Assembly: GCF_009914755.1 (NCBI RefSeq)
Contig: NC_060926.1
DNA from: the human T2T-CHM13v2.0 reference genome, Homo sapiens
Length of the DNA: 64,000 nucleotides
Strand: one strand, 5' to 3'
This document shows, piece after piece, positions 19,060-32,185 of this stretch. Position 1 is the stretch's first letter, and every line of letters starts with the position of its first letter. Below the pieces are notes generated by a model. That model was not told the DNA's origin. It was given only the letters and a program-made list of their open reading frames with translations, and did not search any database. The translations under genes were made by a program, and so were the position numbers.

Positions 19060-19470
19060 TGAATATGTTTGCTAAAATACGTTCTGTCAAATATGCAAGA
19101 TAGACCCACGTATCTTAATGTAACAGTGATTTAATTCAACGATGATAAAGTTTCAGGTTTTATATCATAACTAACCTTTAAGAAACTACCACTTGTGTAG
19201 TTTTAGTTTATGTTAAAGATGAATATCTACAATTATCTGAAAAGTTTACTTTTTTTCATATACTTCAACCAAAATAACAAGTTACATGCATGAGCAGATA
19301 TGAAAATCCACCAGTCTTGTAATGATACACTCAAGAAAGCAACTTGCAAAAATATAAAATATAAAAGAATCCACTCTTTTCACCACCCTTTTTCTTTTGG
19401 AAAATAGTTATTTTCATGAACATGTATTATTTATATTATTATATAATGATTATTAATATTCTAAATCAAT
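19060..19470 (+). mobile_element. hAT-Charlie (Charlie1-like) transposase 3' fragment
   Basis: AACTAACCTTTAAGAAACTACCACTTGT...GAATATCTACAATTATCTGAAAAG...TACTTCAACCAAAA...AGCAGATATGAAAATCC resembles the Charlie1 consensus. Confidence 0.7.
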
Positions 19471-19614
19471 ACTTTAAAAACTATTAAAATATAACCATCA
19501 ATAAAATATGTAGTAATCATTTTCTTGTCATTTTAGATTTCAAAATACCTTTGGGGTATTGTTTTTATGATCTGAATTTTTTAAAAGTTGGGCAAAACAG
19601 AAGGTTGATGCCTC

Positions 19615-20172
19615 TGTGGTCGGTTTTCTCTGGGAAGCAAATTTTGAGACAGAGTTTCACATACAAGATGCTTTCTAGGGAATGGCCTTGGGAAGGAGGG
19701 AGGCAGGGGGAGAAACTAGCTGATCTAAGAGCTATTTGGCACACCCCACAGGGAGCTCTGGGGTGAGAATGGCCCATCAGAGTTGTGTTGCACTGGGGCA
19801 ACATTAGGGTCGCCAGAGAAAATGCTGCACGTTTGAATTTCATATTCAAATTTTGAATAAGGTTTACTTATAGTAAAAGTCATTTATTGTTTATGTGAAA
19901 TTCAAATTTAAATGGGCATCCTGTAATTTTATATGCTAAATCTAGTAAGCCTACTCAATATGGCCAGGTCTTTATATCCTCACCTCAACCGGTTATTGGC
20001 TGTGGCTCATCCTAGAAATGGTATGACCCTGGGACATCATTGCTCTTCACTACTGAAATAGCCTCTACAAAGGCTGAGAGCTGAGGGCTGTCTGCTGACA
20101 ACACTCCCCGCAGCTGTGTTAATGAGCCTTCCTTGAGGGGCACCTGAGCAGCTCAACTTCATGTCCATCACA
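19615..20172. mobile_element. Old ERVL-class LTR fragment interrupted by MER53
   Basis: GGGAAGCAAATTTTGAGACAGAGTTT...AAGATGCTTTCTAGGGAAT start typical of old ERVL LTRs; subfamily not resolved. Confidence 0.4.
19806..19953. mobile_element. MER53 palindromic hAT-related MITE
   Basis: Termini TAGGGTCGCCAGA ... TCTAGTAAGCCTA, with inverted TTTGAATTTCA / TGAAATTCAAA arms. Confidence 0.7.
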
Positions 20173-20605
20173 CCATCCTGGTGCTGTTGTTGTTAATAAG
20201 TTTCTCTAGCAACCAGAAATATTAAAAAATCATTTAATTAACCTTATTACTATAATTAAAGTAGAGACTATTCTTTTTCAAAACTAGTCTCTGTAATATT
20301 CAAATACTAGATACATAAATAAATACATAAAACAGCCATTGTCCAATCCTTGCATTGTTGTGTCTTTCAGGGACTGTTTATTGGTAAGGACTAGAAGGAT
20401 CACACATTTGAGTTTGTCTAAGATATTTTTAGTTTATGCATGACTGCAAAAGCGTCATGGTTAGGTAAATAATTTATCTGCTCTTCCTAGCCAGAACCTT
20501 CTTAGTGCCTCTCACTGCAGTAGATGTTATCCTCGACTTTTGTAGAATGGGAAACAGAGCAGCTGAGCTTTATATCCCATTTTATCCAGCTAAAAAAACA
20601 GTCCC

Positions 20606-20666
20606 ATTGCACTCCAGCCTGGGCAACCAGAGTGAAACTCCGTCTCAAAAAAAACCCCAAAAAACA
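20606..20666 (+). mobile_element. Severely 5'-truncated Alu (3' ~41 nt plus A-tail) with TSD
   Basis: ATTGCACTCCAGCCTGGGCAACCAGAGTGAAACTCCGTCTC + A-rich tail, flanked by AAAAAAACAGTCCC at 20592-20605 and 20667-20680. Confidence 0.9.
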
Positions 20667-21713
20667 AAAAAAACAGTCCCCAGTAAGGACCTTGATTGCC
20701 CTCACTGAGCCGATCAGTTGTGGCTGGAAGATGAAGTGCCGCTGTGAGTGGTCCAGCTTGTATCAGGCTCCTGACCCTAAATGAATGACCTGTGATGGGT
20801 GGGTTGGGGGAGGACCTGGGGAACAAGGTTATGAGGGATAGACATGGCCGTGGGGACTTACTTTCTTATTTTTATTTTTTACTTGGTGAAAATAATGTTT
20901 ATTATTTACATTATCTTATATCACCAGACATCTAGACTTTTTTTTCAGCTATGCTTAGAAAACTGTGCCAAATAGATTAAATTACCACCCATTAGAGCTA
21001 AAGATAAGGAAAAAATTAAAGTGGGATGTTCACAAATAATGTCTAAGTCTGTTATGGGAAGATCATATTTAATTAAATGAAACAATACATGTAAAGCTAT
21101 TTGCAGTAATAGGAAAACAGTAAGTGTTCAATATGTCAGCTAATAATCATTATATTTAAAGAACTTCTGAGCTGATAATTTTGAGAATTCACCTGAGTAC
21201 ATCTATGACTTTTCCATTCAGTATTTAAGGAGAAAAACCTGGGCCTAATTCTGATATCTGAACAGGGAGGGTTCCCCAACAGAGGTCCACTACAAATAAA
21301 TAAAGTACTATGTGCAGTATTGCTTGTTATTTGCTCACAATATCTCTCTCAAATTTCAGATGCTACCCCTTCATTAAAATAGTTCAGGATTTGGATGGTT
21401 ATGTTCACCTTATCTACACTGCTCATGATTTTAAAGCCTTAGAAAATGTTCTCTCTCATTCTTTATCTTGCCAGATGGTACAATTCTTATCTTTTTAGAT
21501 TTTCATCTGGCAGCAGCTTGGTCATTTAAAATGATTTTTCCTGGATTGTATCCAATTCCTTTATATGGCTTGTACATCAGAGTTTGGTGTAATTTTGATA
21601 TTTTCTATTTTGTTACCAATGTTGTGATGTTGGCATTTTTTAGATGAAGTTGTTTTATCCCATTCAAGGAATAGTCAATATTAACTCCACAGTCTGTTTC
21701 CCATATTGGAGAT

Positions 21714-21716
<3 letters not shown>

Positions 21717-21748
<32 letters not shown>
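21717..21748. repeat. (TG)n microsatellite
   Basis: About 16 uninterrupted GT units. Confidence 0.95.
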
Positions 21749-21751
<3 letters not shown>

Positions 21752-22697
21752 GTGCCAGTTGTAATTTGGATAATAATCTGTGTGTGCACTGATGTTTCTA
21801 GGTGGGAAGAATGGCTATTTAGATATGCAAATAGTTTAGACTACTTTTTCCAAAACTTACTTGTTGTTATTAAAATTCTTTTATCAGCTTTTCCTTATGT
21901 CCTAAAGCCTCAGAAACTCTGTTTATAGTTTATCCCAGTTCACCCAAACATTTGAATACCTGGAAGAACTCAATGGTTTTTTTGCATGACTGGGCATTTT
22001 AATGTGCAATCTTTCAGGTAATTTATCAAAATAGCAAATAAAAAGTCTTAGATCTAGAGAATCCTAGAGTTTATCTTTTCCTTCTGGAGAAGTGACTGCT
22101 AGTCTCTTTCATTTGATTCCTGCCTTTAAGCCATGTCCATATCCATGTCATGAATAGTCAAATCCCATGACAATCCAACAGAAATAATACAGCTAGTTCA
22201 GCACTGGCCTACGCACTGCAATGCACTAAATGACGTTAGGTGTACAAAAGCATGTTGTGTGGTTTAAGGAGCCATACAAATGTTAGCTGTTTTTTTTCTT
22301 AGGACAATAGCAGAATAAAAGTATTTAATTACTTCTGTTCAGGGCTTAAGCTTTTACAATTATGTCTTTAGAAATCTAAACATCTTAATATGGCAAAAGC
22401 TGATGTTATCTGATATGGGGAGGTGGTTAATAAATGTTGCTATTATAATTGATCCTATTAAATTTAATGGGTAGCTATGTTGGTTAACTTAAAATTTAGA
22501 AAAAAATAAATTATCTGGTAAGTGGAGATCTTGGCCTTCTCTTATAGAGAGGTATTCCAACGTAAGAAACAAATTAGGTTTTGTTTTGGGATTATACGAA
22601 GAATTGTATAGAATGGCTGCATTCAAAAATCTTTAATGTGAAGTTAGGAACATAATTCAGAATAGTTCTGTGTGGGGATGAATGTGTCAATGGTTTT

Positions 22698-23004
<307 letters not shown>

Positions 23005-23294
23005 TGTGTCAGTGGTTTTAAACAGACAAAAATAAAGTGTAAAGTTGGTTTATAGCCAAGAACCATGATTTCAAATGTTATATTTCCTTTGAAGACACTG
23101 TTTCAGGTGGTTTGCTTTGGGGCTGTAGTCAAATAGATTAGACAACATCAGTGTGTGTGGTTTTTTTTTTAACTCTAATTTTAAACGAAATTGATCACTA
23201 GTGAAATGTGGAATTGGTAGAAGATTGAATTCTGCAGTTTTTTTAATGTGATTTTTATTATTACACTTGATAGATTGATAGTATTTGTGAGTCA

Positions 23295-23530
23295 TTATGG
23301 TATGGTTGGGAGTTTATTCTTTGGAGTCAGGCATACACGGATTTCTGACCCAGCCCTGCTTTTTAGACTTTAGACAAGTTATTTACCTTCTCCAAGCCTC
23401 AGTTCTCTCATGAGTAAAATTGAGAGTAACAATAGTAGCTCCTTCATAAAGTTGTAAAGGGAGTAAGTGACATTATCCAGCTAAAACAGTTAACAAAGCA
23501 TCTGGCACACAGTAGATGCTACATACATGA
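23295..23530 (+). mobile_element. MIR SINE
   Basis: GACAAGTTATTTACCTTCTCCAAGCCTCAGTTCTCTCAT...TAAAA core and TCTGGCACACAGTAGATGCT end. Confidence 0.75.
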
Positions 23531-24670
23531 TTCCTTTTCTTTCTCTGCCTTCTTCTTGTTATTATTTTATTTTTATTATTTCCTGCATTCTTTTATGTTT
23601 CTCACCAAATTTGGTACTACCTAAAATGGAATTTAAGAAGCTGCAGTTGTTGAGTTTGTAAGACATAATAAGGGTAATATAAGAAACTCATCTGATAAGA
23701 AAATTGTTCCTTGGAAATCACCTTGAGATCTTTTGTATTTGAGATACAAAAGACAGGAGAAGTAGGAGAAAGACAGGTGTTTTATTTGGGTGGATTACCT
23801 CCAAACATGTGGGACTTTCCTTGCATACTGGGCTTTCTTCATGCTGCAGAATGAGACTATTTTATCCTTTCAAGCTGTGGAACTGGGCTTACAGGAATCG
23901 GTGATGTAGGGACCCAGACCTCACAGCTGTATCCTTCTTCTCTTTACAAAGCAGTGTCACGTGGAAGACTGGAAATGGATTACATGGCAGGCTGACTGGG
24001 ATTTTTCTAAGCCAAAACACTTTTTTAAACAAACCTTGTACTAAACACTATGGAAAGTACTGGAAAGCCAGAAAAAGGCTTGAATGTTAGTCCCAGCTCT
24101 GCACAGACTGTTGTGTGACCTTGGGAAATGAGCTGAAACTCTGAGCCGTTGTTTCCATAATTGCACAACAATGAGTTTGGACTCCTAGATGATCTCAGAG
24201 ATAACTTCTGGCTCAAATATTTTCTAATTCTATATTTTTTTAGGTCCTCCAGCAATTATATTAAACTTGTTTTCTATCTTTCTTTATCCAAGGTTAACTT
24301 GTGATAAAAGCAGAAATAGGAAAGAAAAACTTGGGAACAGCACAGGATTCCAATTCAGGGTTTGAATTCCAGTTCTGATGCTGAGCAGCTACGTAACCTC
24401 AAGGAAATCTTGTTACCCAGTGTGTCTTAACTGTGGTTGCACATTTTATTAATCTGGGAGGATTTTAGAAAACACTGATGTTGAGCCCTAGTCTTGAAAA
24501 TCCTAAACACTCAGGAATTGGTAGAGTATCAGAGCTCTCTATGTGCAAAATAAATTCAAAATGAAATATCACCTCACATCTGTTAGGATGGCTACTATCA
24601 AAAAGACAAGAGATAAATGTTGGTGAGGGTGTGGAGAAAGGGAACTCTTGTACACCATCGGTGAGAATGT

Positions 24671-25060
<390 letters not shown>

Positions 25061-25125
25061 GATTAGTGCAGCCATTGTGGAATACAGCATGGAAGTTCTT
25101 AAAGAAATTAAAAAGAGAACAACCA

Positions 25126-25437
<312 letters not shown>

Positions 25438-27651
25438 AAAAAGAGAACAACCATATGACCCAGCAATACCTCTTCTGGTTATATACCCAAACAAAGTGAA
25501 ATCATCACCTTGTAGTAATATCTGCACTCTCCCGTGGTCATTGCAGCATTATTCACAATTGCTGAGATATAGAAACAACTGAGGTGTCTGTCAGTGGATG
25601 ATTGGATAAAGAAATTATAATTGTGTATGTATGTAATTTTTTTCTTTCTTAATTGCTGCATAATAGAGGCATGTAGTTTCAGGGTACATGGGATCATTTA
25701 ATACATTCATATAATTTGCAAAGATCAAATCAGTTATACAACGAAATTTTAATCAGCATCAAAAAGCAAGGCCATCCTGCCATTTGTGACAACAGGGATG
25801 AATCTGAAGGTCATTATGCCAAATAAAATAAGTCAGACACAGAAAGAAAAATACTGTGTGATCTCGCTGATATGTGGGATCTAAAAAATAAAGGTTGAAT
25901 TTATAGAAACAGAGGCTAGAATTGTGGCTACCAAGGGTGGAGGGCAGCAGAGGGCAGGATGGGAGGGAGACTTAGGGGAGATGTAGTCAAAAGGTACAGA
26001 GTTGCAGTTGTGTAGGATGACTAAGTCTAGAGAGCTAATGTACAGCATGAGGACTACAGCTATTCATATTGTATTGTATACTAAAAATGGGTAGCTATGT
26101 GAGTGACGAATATGTCAATCTGCTTGACTGTAGTAATCATTTTACTATGTATATCAAAGCATCACATTGTACACCTACAATGTATAAAAGTTTTTTTAAA
26201 AAAGCTCTCTAGGTGATTTGAATGTGCAGGGATCGAGGATCCCTGCAAAGAGCTGTGAATCTTAGCACTCTTACCTCTAAGGTGGGGCTCCTAAAAACAA
26301 TAACAGTAACTGCCCTGTGTCACAATGTTGAGGATCACGTAAAATAATATAGACAAAAGCACTTTGCAGTGTGTAAGTGCACAGTAATAATTAAAGCAGG
26401 CATTGTTAAAGGACTTAGCCATTGCTATTATGCAAGCGGATGGGATTACATTAGCATATTAATTCTGTCTGCTGGGGTTCTAACCTTTTCATATGAAATT
26501 CAGCTGCTATAGTTTAGCTCCCACTCCCACCCCCAGTAGGACGTGGTAATTTACTTCTGTAGAAACTCCTAGTGCTGCTCTGTGACCCAGTGAGGACTTA
26601 ATGATTATGTGTTGACTCAGCGATTATTCTTAATAAACACAATTCTTCCAAGTTTTGCAGAGCACATATTATCACCACGAATCACCATGACATGCTCATG
26701 TATCCCTTTGTGCCCAGCTTGTAAACACACAAAACTGTTAGATAAACAAACCTAATGTTTTAGAGTGGGGGAAAATCAACTGTTTTCAAATTTATCTTAT
26801 ACTATCTGAATTCCTAATTAAACTCCTTTTAACATAATTTCCTTTAAGAACTCAATTTTAGGTTTCTTCTGTGGTTACCTTTCTTCGGATATTTTCATGC
26901 TCGACATTGTAACACATTTTTGTCTGTTCCACTACTCCCCTAGAAATGTCCGTTGCCATTGGTCTTTTGGTATTGAATACTTTTTCTTTTCCCAGTCGTG
27001 TTGAAATTAGTCACACAGTGACTTTTGAAATTGTCCCACTTTGTCCTGGTCTTCAGAATGAGCAGTGGTGTAATTAACACAGACCTGCAGACTTGCAGAC
27101 TAATTTTCATGAACTTGAAGGTTGCCTGTGACATGGGGTGTGGCTCTGTGTCAGGAGTGTGTATCCCCTGCCGCATGGCCGCTCTACAGGATTGAGTTTG
27201 AGGAACACAGGCAGATCCCAGATGGTGACAGGCTCTGGGAAGGACTAGAGTGCATGTATTACTCCATTCTCTGACCACTCATGGCTGTAGCATCCATTCA
27301 GCATCCCCTACTCACAAGAAAGTATAGCTTGGAAAAACAAAAGAAATGTCTAGAATCTTTTTGACATCTGTATTTTTTTTTTTGGTGAATGATTTCTGAC
27401 TTTTCTCCCATTATCATCATCTGAGAATTGGCTTCAAAAGGAGAAATACTTCTTTCCTAAGGGATCCCTTCAAATGATGAACATCTTTTGAGAATTTAGT
27501 GACTACTTACTGATTAAACAACTATCTAAATTACAATGGAGAGCAATCTTTTCTAGAATTAGAGCCCTCTATATTGTGGCACACGCTTCCTTCGCTTTTT
27601 CTGCTTATATGCACAGGACATAATACAGTTGATGAAAAAAATTTAACCTTA

Positions 27652-27715
27652 CATATATATATATTTAAGGTGTATATATATAGTATATATTATAAGGTAT
27701 ATATATTTAAGGTAA

Positions 27716-27764
<49 letters not shown>
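27652..27764. repeat. Compound (TA)n-rich / (GA)n microsatellite
   Basis: TATATATATTTAAGGT-type units, then (TA)n and (GA)n. Confidence 0.9.
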
Positions 27765-27769
<5 letters not shown>

Positions 27770-27789
27770 AAATGGCTAGCTGACAAACC

Positions 27790-27924
27790 AGGTCCTGTAG
27801 GCTGCATGGTTTTCACATTCTTAGAGGTTTGTAAAGAAAAAAAAATGCAGCAGAGACCATATGGCCCACAAAACCCAAAATGTTTATTATCTGGCCTTGT
27901 ACAGAAAATGTTTGCTGACTCCTG
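27790..27924 (-). mobile_element. MER58-like hAT MITE fragment
   Basis: CAGAGACCATATGGCCCACAAAACCCAAAATGTTTATTATCTGGCC...GAAAATGTTTGCTGACTCCTG. Confidence 0.75.
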
Positions 27925-29384
27925 AACCACGTGGCAAGTACCAATAATGAAGCACACTTGCTTTTTACTTTCATGAAGAAATGCATTGTCTTTTCTCCTT
28001 TGAAGTATCCACTTCCGCTGGTAAAATCAGTCTTCACAGCTATTCTAAAAGGAGGCTGAGAAACCTTCTCTAGCTGGCTCTAACACAGGCTGTCCCAGCG
28101 AGCTCCTGGGTATAAGCTGCTCTTGAGCCAGAGCTGCTGTTTGAGGCTTGTTCATGCTCTTGCTTTCACTCCCTAGATCTCTCTTAGTATCAGCACCATC
28201 CACTAATTTGCTGCACACCTTCTTTGACCTTGACTTTTTGGGCAAATGCTTATTCCATTCCAATTGCTCTTGTAAGTCTGCTTTGCTACCTTCCCCTGCT
28301 TTTTTACTTATTTTACCCTCTGGACCTCTCTTCTGTCATCCCCTTCTTCTACTTTCTCCCCTAGCATCTCAGCCCTCTTGAGGCCAAGGCCTGCTACATC
28401 TAATATTTCTATTTCTGTCCTTTGCTTGCTCCTGTCCAGACCCAGTCTTCTCACTGGTTGCAAAGTGGGTCCAGTTCTACCACTGGAAACAGATTTTGGC
28501 AAATAGAGACCTTCTGATCTCCTCCCTCACCAGACCAATGGACCATTTTTGTGAACAGTATGACGACCCTTCCTGGGTATTGCTCACATGCACCCCTCAT
28601 GGTGCTTACCTAGGGTCCATATTGCCTGGTGTAATTTCCTTCCCATGGACCTTCTGGCCACCTGCCTTCACCTACGACTGCAGCATTTCTCCATGTCTGC
28701 CACTGTGACTAGATCACTCCAGTGATCCTCTGATGGCCTTAGGATCCAACACACATTGGTAACCAGGGCCATTATAGCACTCAAGCTTCTGGTATATTTC
28801 TTTATTCCAGTCCATCTTGCTGAATCCCTCTGTTTCCTACCTGTGAGTGCCCCTCTATGAATGCTGATTTGATTCCAGGTACTATACTAGGCTGTGGAGT
28901 CAGAGATGACCAAGATACAGCCTTGCTCTCAGTATTTTTTGATGGAAGAATGATGATATGCACATACACGAATACAGAGCAAAGCAGTAGGTGGCAAGTG
29001 ATTAAGCAAGCCACTAAATCTTATGAAAGCACAGAGGGGAATATTTAGAAGTAAACTCTATAAAAATAAAAATTCTGAACTACCTAATAAGAATATTACT
29101 AACTCTACCAAGTTGACCAATTAAATTATTTAATCAGTTAATATTTGATTCTGTTTTTAACCTTCCCTTAAATATATGGCTTAAAGACTAAACTTCCAGT
29201 AAATTTTTTCTAAGTAATGTACTCTTTCTCTGACTCATTATTTCATTTATTGATATCTTATTTTGACTCTAGCAATGTCTGTAACCATTAAAGTTCTGTA
29301 AATAAATGCAGTCTTTTGACTATAGTACATAAGACAACATCCCTCTTTGTAAATACCCCAACCCCTTATTAGAAACTATATTGA

Positions 29385-29798
<414 letters not shown>

Positions 29799-31545
29799 TT
29801 ATTTATCAGAACAGACTTTAAGAGGTTGTCACTGAATTGCAAGAGATGCCTTTCAAGTAACTTGCATCTGGGTGCTTTGCACCTTTCATTTCCCTCTCCC
29901 TTCTCATTGCTTGTACATCTCCTTTCTGGCTTGCTTTCTCTCAGGCCCTTTTTCAGGATGCATATTGTGTCAAATATAAATTTGGAAAACCTAGCCAGAG
30001 AATACTTGACTTGAGGGAGACAACCCTAAGAACATTGACCTGCAGTGGGCACTCCGGTGGGGCTAGAGTGTTCACTAGCCTGCCCCAAGTGTGACTTCTG
30101 CTTGTGTGTATCACCCATTTCTTTATTCATTTAGTACATATTTTCCAAGCGATTTCTCTGTGCCTCAGACACTGTGTGAGGTCCTAGGGACACAATGGTG
30201 TGCAGAAGGGAAAACTGTTGTTGCCCTCACATGGGGGAGGTAGCAACAATTACAAATTTACAGGAATAAATATGTGATAATAATATCCTAGCTCAACATA
30301 GAAAGGAAGTTATCTCAGTATTTACCTAACAGTTTTGTAATGTGTGTGTGCGCGCGCGTATATGTCTTCTTCTTTTCTCTTTGTTAAGTGTGAGTGGAGA
30401 AGATGATGGCTAACACTGAGTTCTGTCATGGCCATGGCACTTTTATACCCACATTCTTTCTTTTAATCATGGAATTCTCCACCCCAGCCCTCACCCCGTG
30501 GATGTCGGAGTAAGACAACATTGTTATCACTCAGATTGTCATTGGGAGGGTGAATAAATGAATGCTTGCATTATGAGAGTTTGGGGGCAGAAATATGCCA
30601 CAGACTCTTATCTGAAGCCATCAGATTTAGTGGCTGCGAACCCACCGAAGTCAGGGATTTACATTTTTTACAGCAACGAGAGAAAACTTCCCCTTTCCTC
30701 TGCAGAAGTCAGGACTGGATCTCAAAAATAGAAATGTGTCCTCCTAAATGTGTGCCCATCCCCGTGGTTGACAAACAACGGATTTCCCAAGATAGCTGCC
30801 ACACACTTGGTTTCTAATCTCTGTATTGCTTCCCCGCCAGAATGTCGAAGTCCTTCCCGAATATGCCCAGTCATACTTTCTGAACTTTTGAGCAAACACC
30901 GTCCGGCTTCTTGTGCTTTCCTCAAAGACCCCAGGCACCGGCAGGGAGGACACAGGCCGGGGCAGAGCGCCCCTGCGCGGGGGATTCCTGCCACTCCGCG
31001 CCAGCCTGCGGCGCAAACGCTCTTCTCAGCCGCAGTCCCACCCGCTGCTGGCAATCTGAATGAGGAGCCGCGCTATTTTTACCTCCCCGGCTGCAATCCT
31101 TTATATTTACATGCAGGAAGCAAATATATAAGGGATTAAGAAGGAGATGCGTGGCCTTAGTTTATCCAGAGCAGGAAGAGGTTGGAATAGGAGAGGGTAT
31201 GTGAAGTCTGGGGTGGTGGAAAAGGCAGGTGGACTTCGGCTGGTTGTTTTCTCCCGATCATCCCTGTCTCTGGCCTGGAAACCCCCGTACTCTCTTTCTT
31301 CTGGCTTATCCGTGACTGCCGGCTCCCCCTCCACCGCCCCCATCTTTTGAGGTACCACCCGTCACCTCCGATGCTGCTTGGGCTGCTGCATCACTCTGCT
31401 GCTTTACCCCCTTCCCCGCCCCCCAACAAAGCATGCGCAGTGCGTTCCGGGCCAGGCAACAGCAGCAGCACAGCATCCAGCAACAGCATCAGCACCCGAA
31501 GCCCCGCTCGGGCGCGCTCTCGGGGGGCGGGGCGCACGCCCGCTC

Positions 31546-31626
31546 CGCGCGTCCCCGCGCCGCTCGCTCCCGCGCGTCCCCGCGCCGCTCGCTCCCGCGC
31601 GTCCCCGCGCCGCTCGCTCCCGCGCG
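31546..31626 (+). repeat. GC-rich minisatellite, 3 perfect copies of a 25-bp unit plus a partial copy
   Basis: CGCGCGTCCCCGCGCCGCTCGCTCC at 31546, 31571 and 31596, followed by CGCGCG. Confidence 0.97.
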
Positions 31627-31870
31627 CCGCCTCAGCATCCTCAGGCCCGGCGGCAGCCCCCGCAGTCGCTGAAGCGGCCGCGCCCGCCGGGGGAGGGAGT
31701 AGCCGCTGGGGAGGCTCCAAGTTGGCGGAGCGGCGAGGACCCCTGGACTCCTCTGCGTCCCGCCCCGGGAGTGGCTGCGAGGCTAGGCGAGCCGGGAAAG
31801 GGGGCGCCGCCCAGCCCCGAGCCCCGCGCCCCGTGCCCCGAGCCCGGAGCCCCCTGCCCGCCGCGGCACC

Positions 31871-31891
31871 ATGCGCGCCGAGCCGGCGTGA
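31871..31891 (+). other. Upstream ORF (MRAEPA*) in the presumed ADAM23 5'UTR
   Basis: GGCACC-ATG-CGC-GCC-GAG-CCG-GCG-TGA; A at -3. Confidence 0.6.
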
Positions 31892-31971
31892 CCGGCTCCG
31901 CCCGCGGCCGCCCCGCAGCTAGCCCGGCGCTCTCGCCGGCCACACGGAGCGGCGCCCGGGAGCTATGAGCC

Positions 31972-32185
31972 ATGAAGCCGCCCGGCAGCAGCTCGCGGCA
32001 GCCGCCCCTGGCGGGCTGCAGCCTTGCCGGCGCTTCCTGCGGCCCCCAACGCGGCCCCGCCGGCTCGGTGCCTGCCAGCGCCCCGGCCCGCACGCCGCCC
32101 TGCCGCCTGCTTCTCGTCCTTCTCCTGCTGCCTCCGCTCGCCGCCTCGTCCCGGCCCCGCGCCTGGGGGGCTGCTGCGCCCAGCG
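31972..32185 (+). CDS. ADAM23: ADAM23 coding exon 1 (N-terminal extension and signal peptide)
   Basis: MKPPGSSSRQPPLAGCSLAGASCGPQRGPAGSVPASAPARTPPCRLLLVLLLLPPLAASSRPRAWGAAAPS is the ADAM23 N-terminus; donor CG|GTGGGT at 32186; 214 coding nt (phase 1). Confidence 0.95.

Noticed and set aside
31546-31626. Direct repeats as a CRISPR-like array
   Set aside because: Units are contiguous with no spacers, and the context is a mammalian promoter.
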